A stretch of DNA of 64,000 nucleotides from Marsupella aquatica (taxonomy: Eukaryota; Plantae; Marchantiophyta): positions 1,674,001-1,738,000 of the forward strand of contig OZ316896.1 in the NCBI GenBank assembly GCA_973895155.1, in the 5' to 3' direction. Of this stretch, positions 61,706 through 64,000 are shown piece by piece. The notes under the pieces were generated by a model, which ran no database searches, was not told where the DNA came from, and saw only the letters and a list, made by a program, of their open reading frames with translations. The position numbers and the translations under genes are program-made. Position 1 is the stretch's first letter. The number at the start of each line of letters is the position of its first letter.

Positions 61706-62519
61706 CTTTGTAAACTAAACACCGCCTCAGGAATGAGTTGGGAAGTATGATGCTCCCATGGACCTGAGATTGAATTAAACCATGTACTCTGGATAGTCAA
61801 TTAGTTCGAATATTCAATATGAGAAGAATGTGGTTCATATAGATTTCAAAATTCAACAGGAACATTTTGGCGAGCCTCATCAGACCTTCATTGTACAAGA
61901 AAGGGAATATGTCAGGGACCCTTCAATTAATTACAACTGCTAATAAATAATTTCAGTCCCTCCAATTATGTAAAATCTCACTCAAATTAGCTGTCAAACC
62001 TTCCTAAAATGAATAAATAGTTGTATTGCACCTTGTGATACATTTTTTATTTTTCGTTATTTGTTTGTGCGAGACAAGCAACGAAGGAAACTTTATCCTG
62101 CAGCACCTGTAAAACACTTCCATCACTAAAATTTTGCATTCCAGCGTTCTTAAAGTTGTCAATTCGTTCTTTGGTTTCGTGGTGCACAACAGACATTAAA
62201 AATAGACTGTCTTGGGCAGAAAACAAGAATATTCACCTTTCGGAAAATTGGGGTCGCGAATTCAAGAGACATCAAGGTCATCACTTCCTGATCACACGTA
62301 ATTCGTAATTGACATTAACGGCTTTTCATCCCCCACAAAGACGCTTTGCATCGATTCTCAATCCGTTCAAGGCCGTCCCAAGATCCCACTCTACTTGGAT
62401 TGAAGGTGACTGCTCGGTAGTCATCAGTCAATGGCTTACTATCGCTAACTACACGTGGTGGGTGCGCGTCCAATCTGGACACCGCTAATGACAAGGACGA
62501 CGCCGATCGAATGCGATAT

Positions 62520-62665
62520 TCTGCACATCATAGCTTTCTTCCATGTATAGAACATGATGCTGCACATCATAGCTTTCTTCAATGTATAGAACATAGCTTT
62601 CTTCCATGTATAGAACATGATGCTGCACATCATAGCTTTCTTCAATGTATAGAACATGATGCTGA
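62520..62665. repeat. Minisatellite of 39- and 24-bp units
   Basis: CATAGCTTTCTTC.ATGTATAGAA(CATGATGCTGCACAT) repeated 4 times. Confidence 0.9.
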
Positions 62666-63779
62666 TCGCGTCGCCATGGTAAATCCCTCTCTGCCAGTAT
62701 TGGTGTCAATTCGTAGCTGTATTGACAAATTATTTCGCTGGTAAAGTTACCAAAACAAAATAGCAACTTTCGCATAGTTTAATGACTGGCACTTTCTCCC
62801 CCAAGCGAACTCGGTCAAAGACATGACGATTCGTATCTTCGTTTCCCTGAAGAAGCTTCTGAGTAGCCTTCACCCATACAGCTCTTGTTCGCGTACTCAA
62901 AATTATCAGGTGGCTGGACAAACGCTCGTGATCAATTCACTCTAAATGCCGAAGGTTGGCCATCCTGCCATCTTATAATCACCACCAGGAATGCTTTTGC
63001 TAGCATGATCCATGTACTATATGTCATAGCATACCTCCGTTCCTTCATTTTCCATTCTGTGAACGGGTCAGAGGAACAGATTGAACTGAACAACAGTTCG
63101 ACGCACTTCGAGGGTTTTTCAACACCAGGATTGTTCAGGATAGACCTTTGAAGTCAACGAAAGCTGTCAGTAGTGTACCTAACGTTACACTGGCTGTTTA
63201 CCCTGTCAGTGCCTTTTGACTATTATTGTACAGTTGCCCATTGGTCTAGGACATACACAGAGCTCGCTTCGCATTGCAGCGATTCTTGTTGAGCAAGGAA
63301 ATCACGCACCAAAAGGCAAGCTCTGAGGTGAAGTTGCAGTATGGAGTACAGTATTCTTGATTACACGTGGTCCATACAGTATTCTTCGTCAATGGTGGTA
63401 GAGGGGAAACTGAAATTACCTGAGTGCAAATTGATTTCGCTCAATTATTCTCGAATTCTAATGAAAACAAATCTTATGTTAAACATGATGCTTGTGAGCA
63501 AAAGAGAGCAAAACAATTCAATGGGCTTGAAGTGAAAGCATGAAAAAACAAATTTATTAATTGGAAAGACAAAACAATGATTTCTATGTACTACTAGCCT
63601 CGACTACCCGTTCTTTGAATGTGAATAGCGAAGAGGACAATAAAAAAATTATCAAAATATGTTTTCTATTCATATTCTTTGAAGATTAATGAAATGATAA
63701 AAAAAAACCTCATCATTTTAATAGTCATATATAATATATCATTCTCTTTGATGTGCACATCAAGCTTTTTGTATGCACA

Positions 63780-64000
63780 TCTATGTTCTATGCACATATG
63801 TTGTGCTGGGCCATATTACCTATATTTTTTGAATATAAATATTTAAAAATTATCACATAAAATTGGCATGTACATACATCATAGTCATGTCATAAGTTTT
63901 TTCCATGCATATGATGAGAGTTACGTCTAGAGGTTTCACTCTAGACCCTAGCTTGTGAAAAGTAAGCTGCAGTTCGCACTTTATTAGTAAGATGAATAGT
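63780..64000 (-). repeat. Dispersed AT-rich repeat, inverted partner of 43140-43360
   Basis: Reverse complement carries the same ordered motifs. Runs to the window edge. Confidence 0.6.

Noticed and set aside
61130-63150. Additional gene(s) from short ORFs
   Set aside because: Only short interrupted frames with no recognisable motif or consistent exon chain.

Overview
Eukaryotic land-plant nuclear DNA. A bryophyte or liverwort-like source is my inference from gene style and content, not proven. About 1-16.5 kb is a nest of transposons. A decayed minus-strand Helitron-type Rep/Pif1 gene is split by an 8.2-kb insertion (4164-12358) with TG...CA ends, an exact 5-bp TTTGG target duplication and a tRNA-Asn primer-binding site, but no gag/pol. 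Almost all of this insertion is one diverged palindrome: two head-to-head arms, each with a TATA-like box, a paralogous ~770-880-codon ORF and a homologous 3' flank. The rest of the window holds an L-type lectin receptor kinase with an adjacent kinase fragment, a Harbinger-type Myb/NAM-associated gene, a Tourist MITE, a 3-exon 7TM gene resembling the RGS1 membrane domain but ending in a coiled coil instead of an RGS box, a 6-exon amino acid permease, an intronless DUF21/CBS gene, and many small duplications and TE remnants. All family assignments come from motif recognition by eye; no searches were run.
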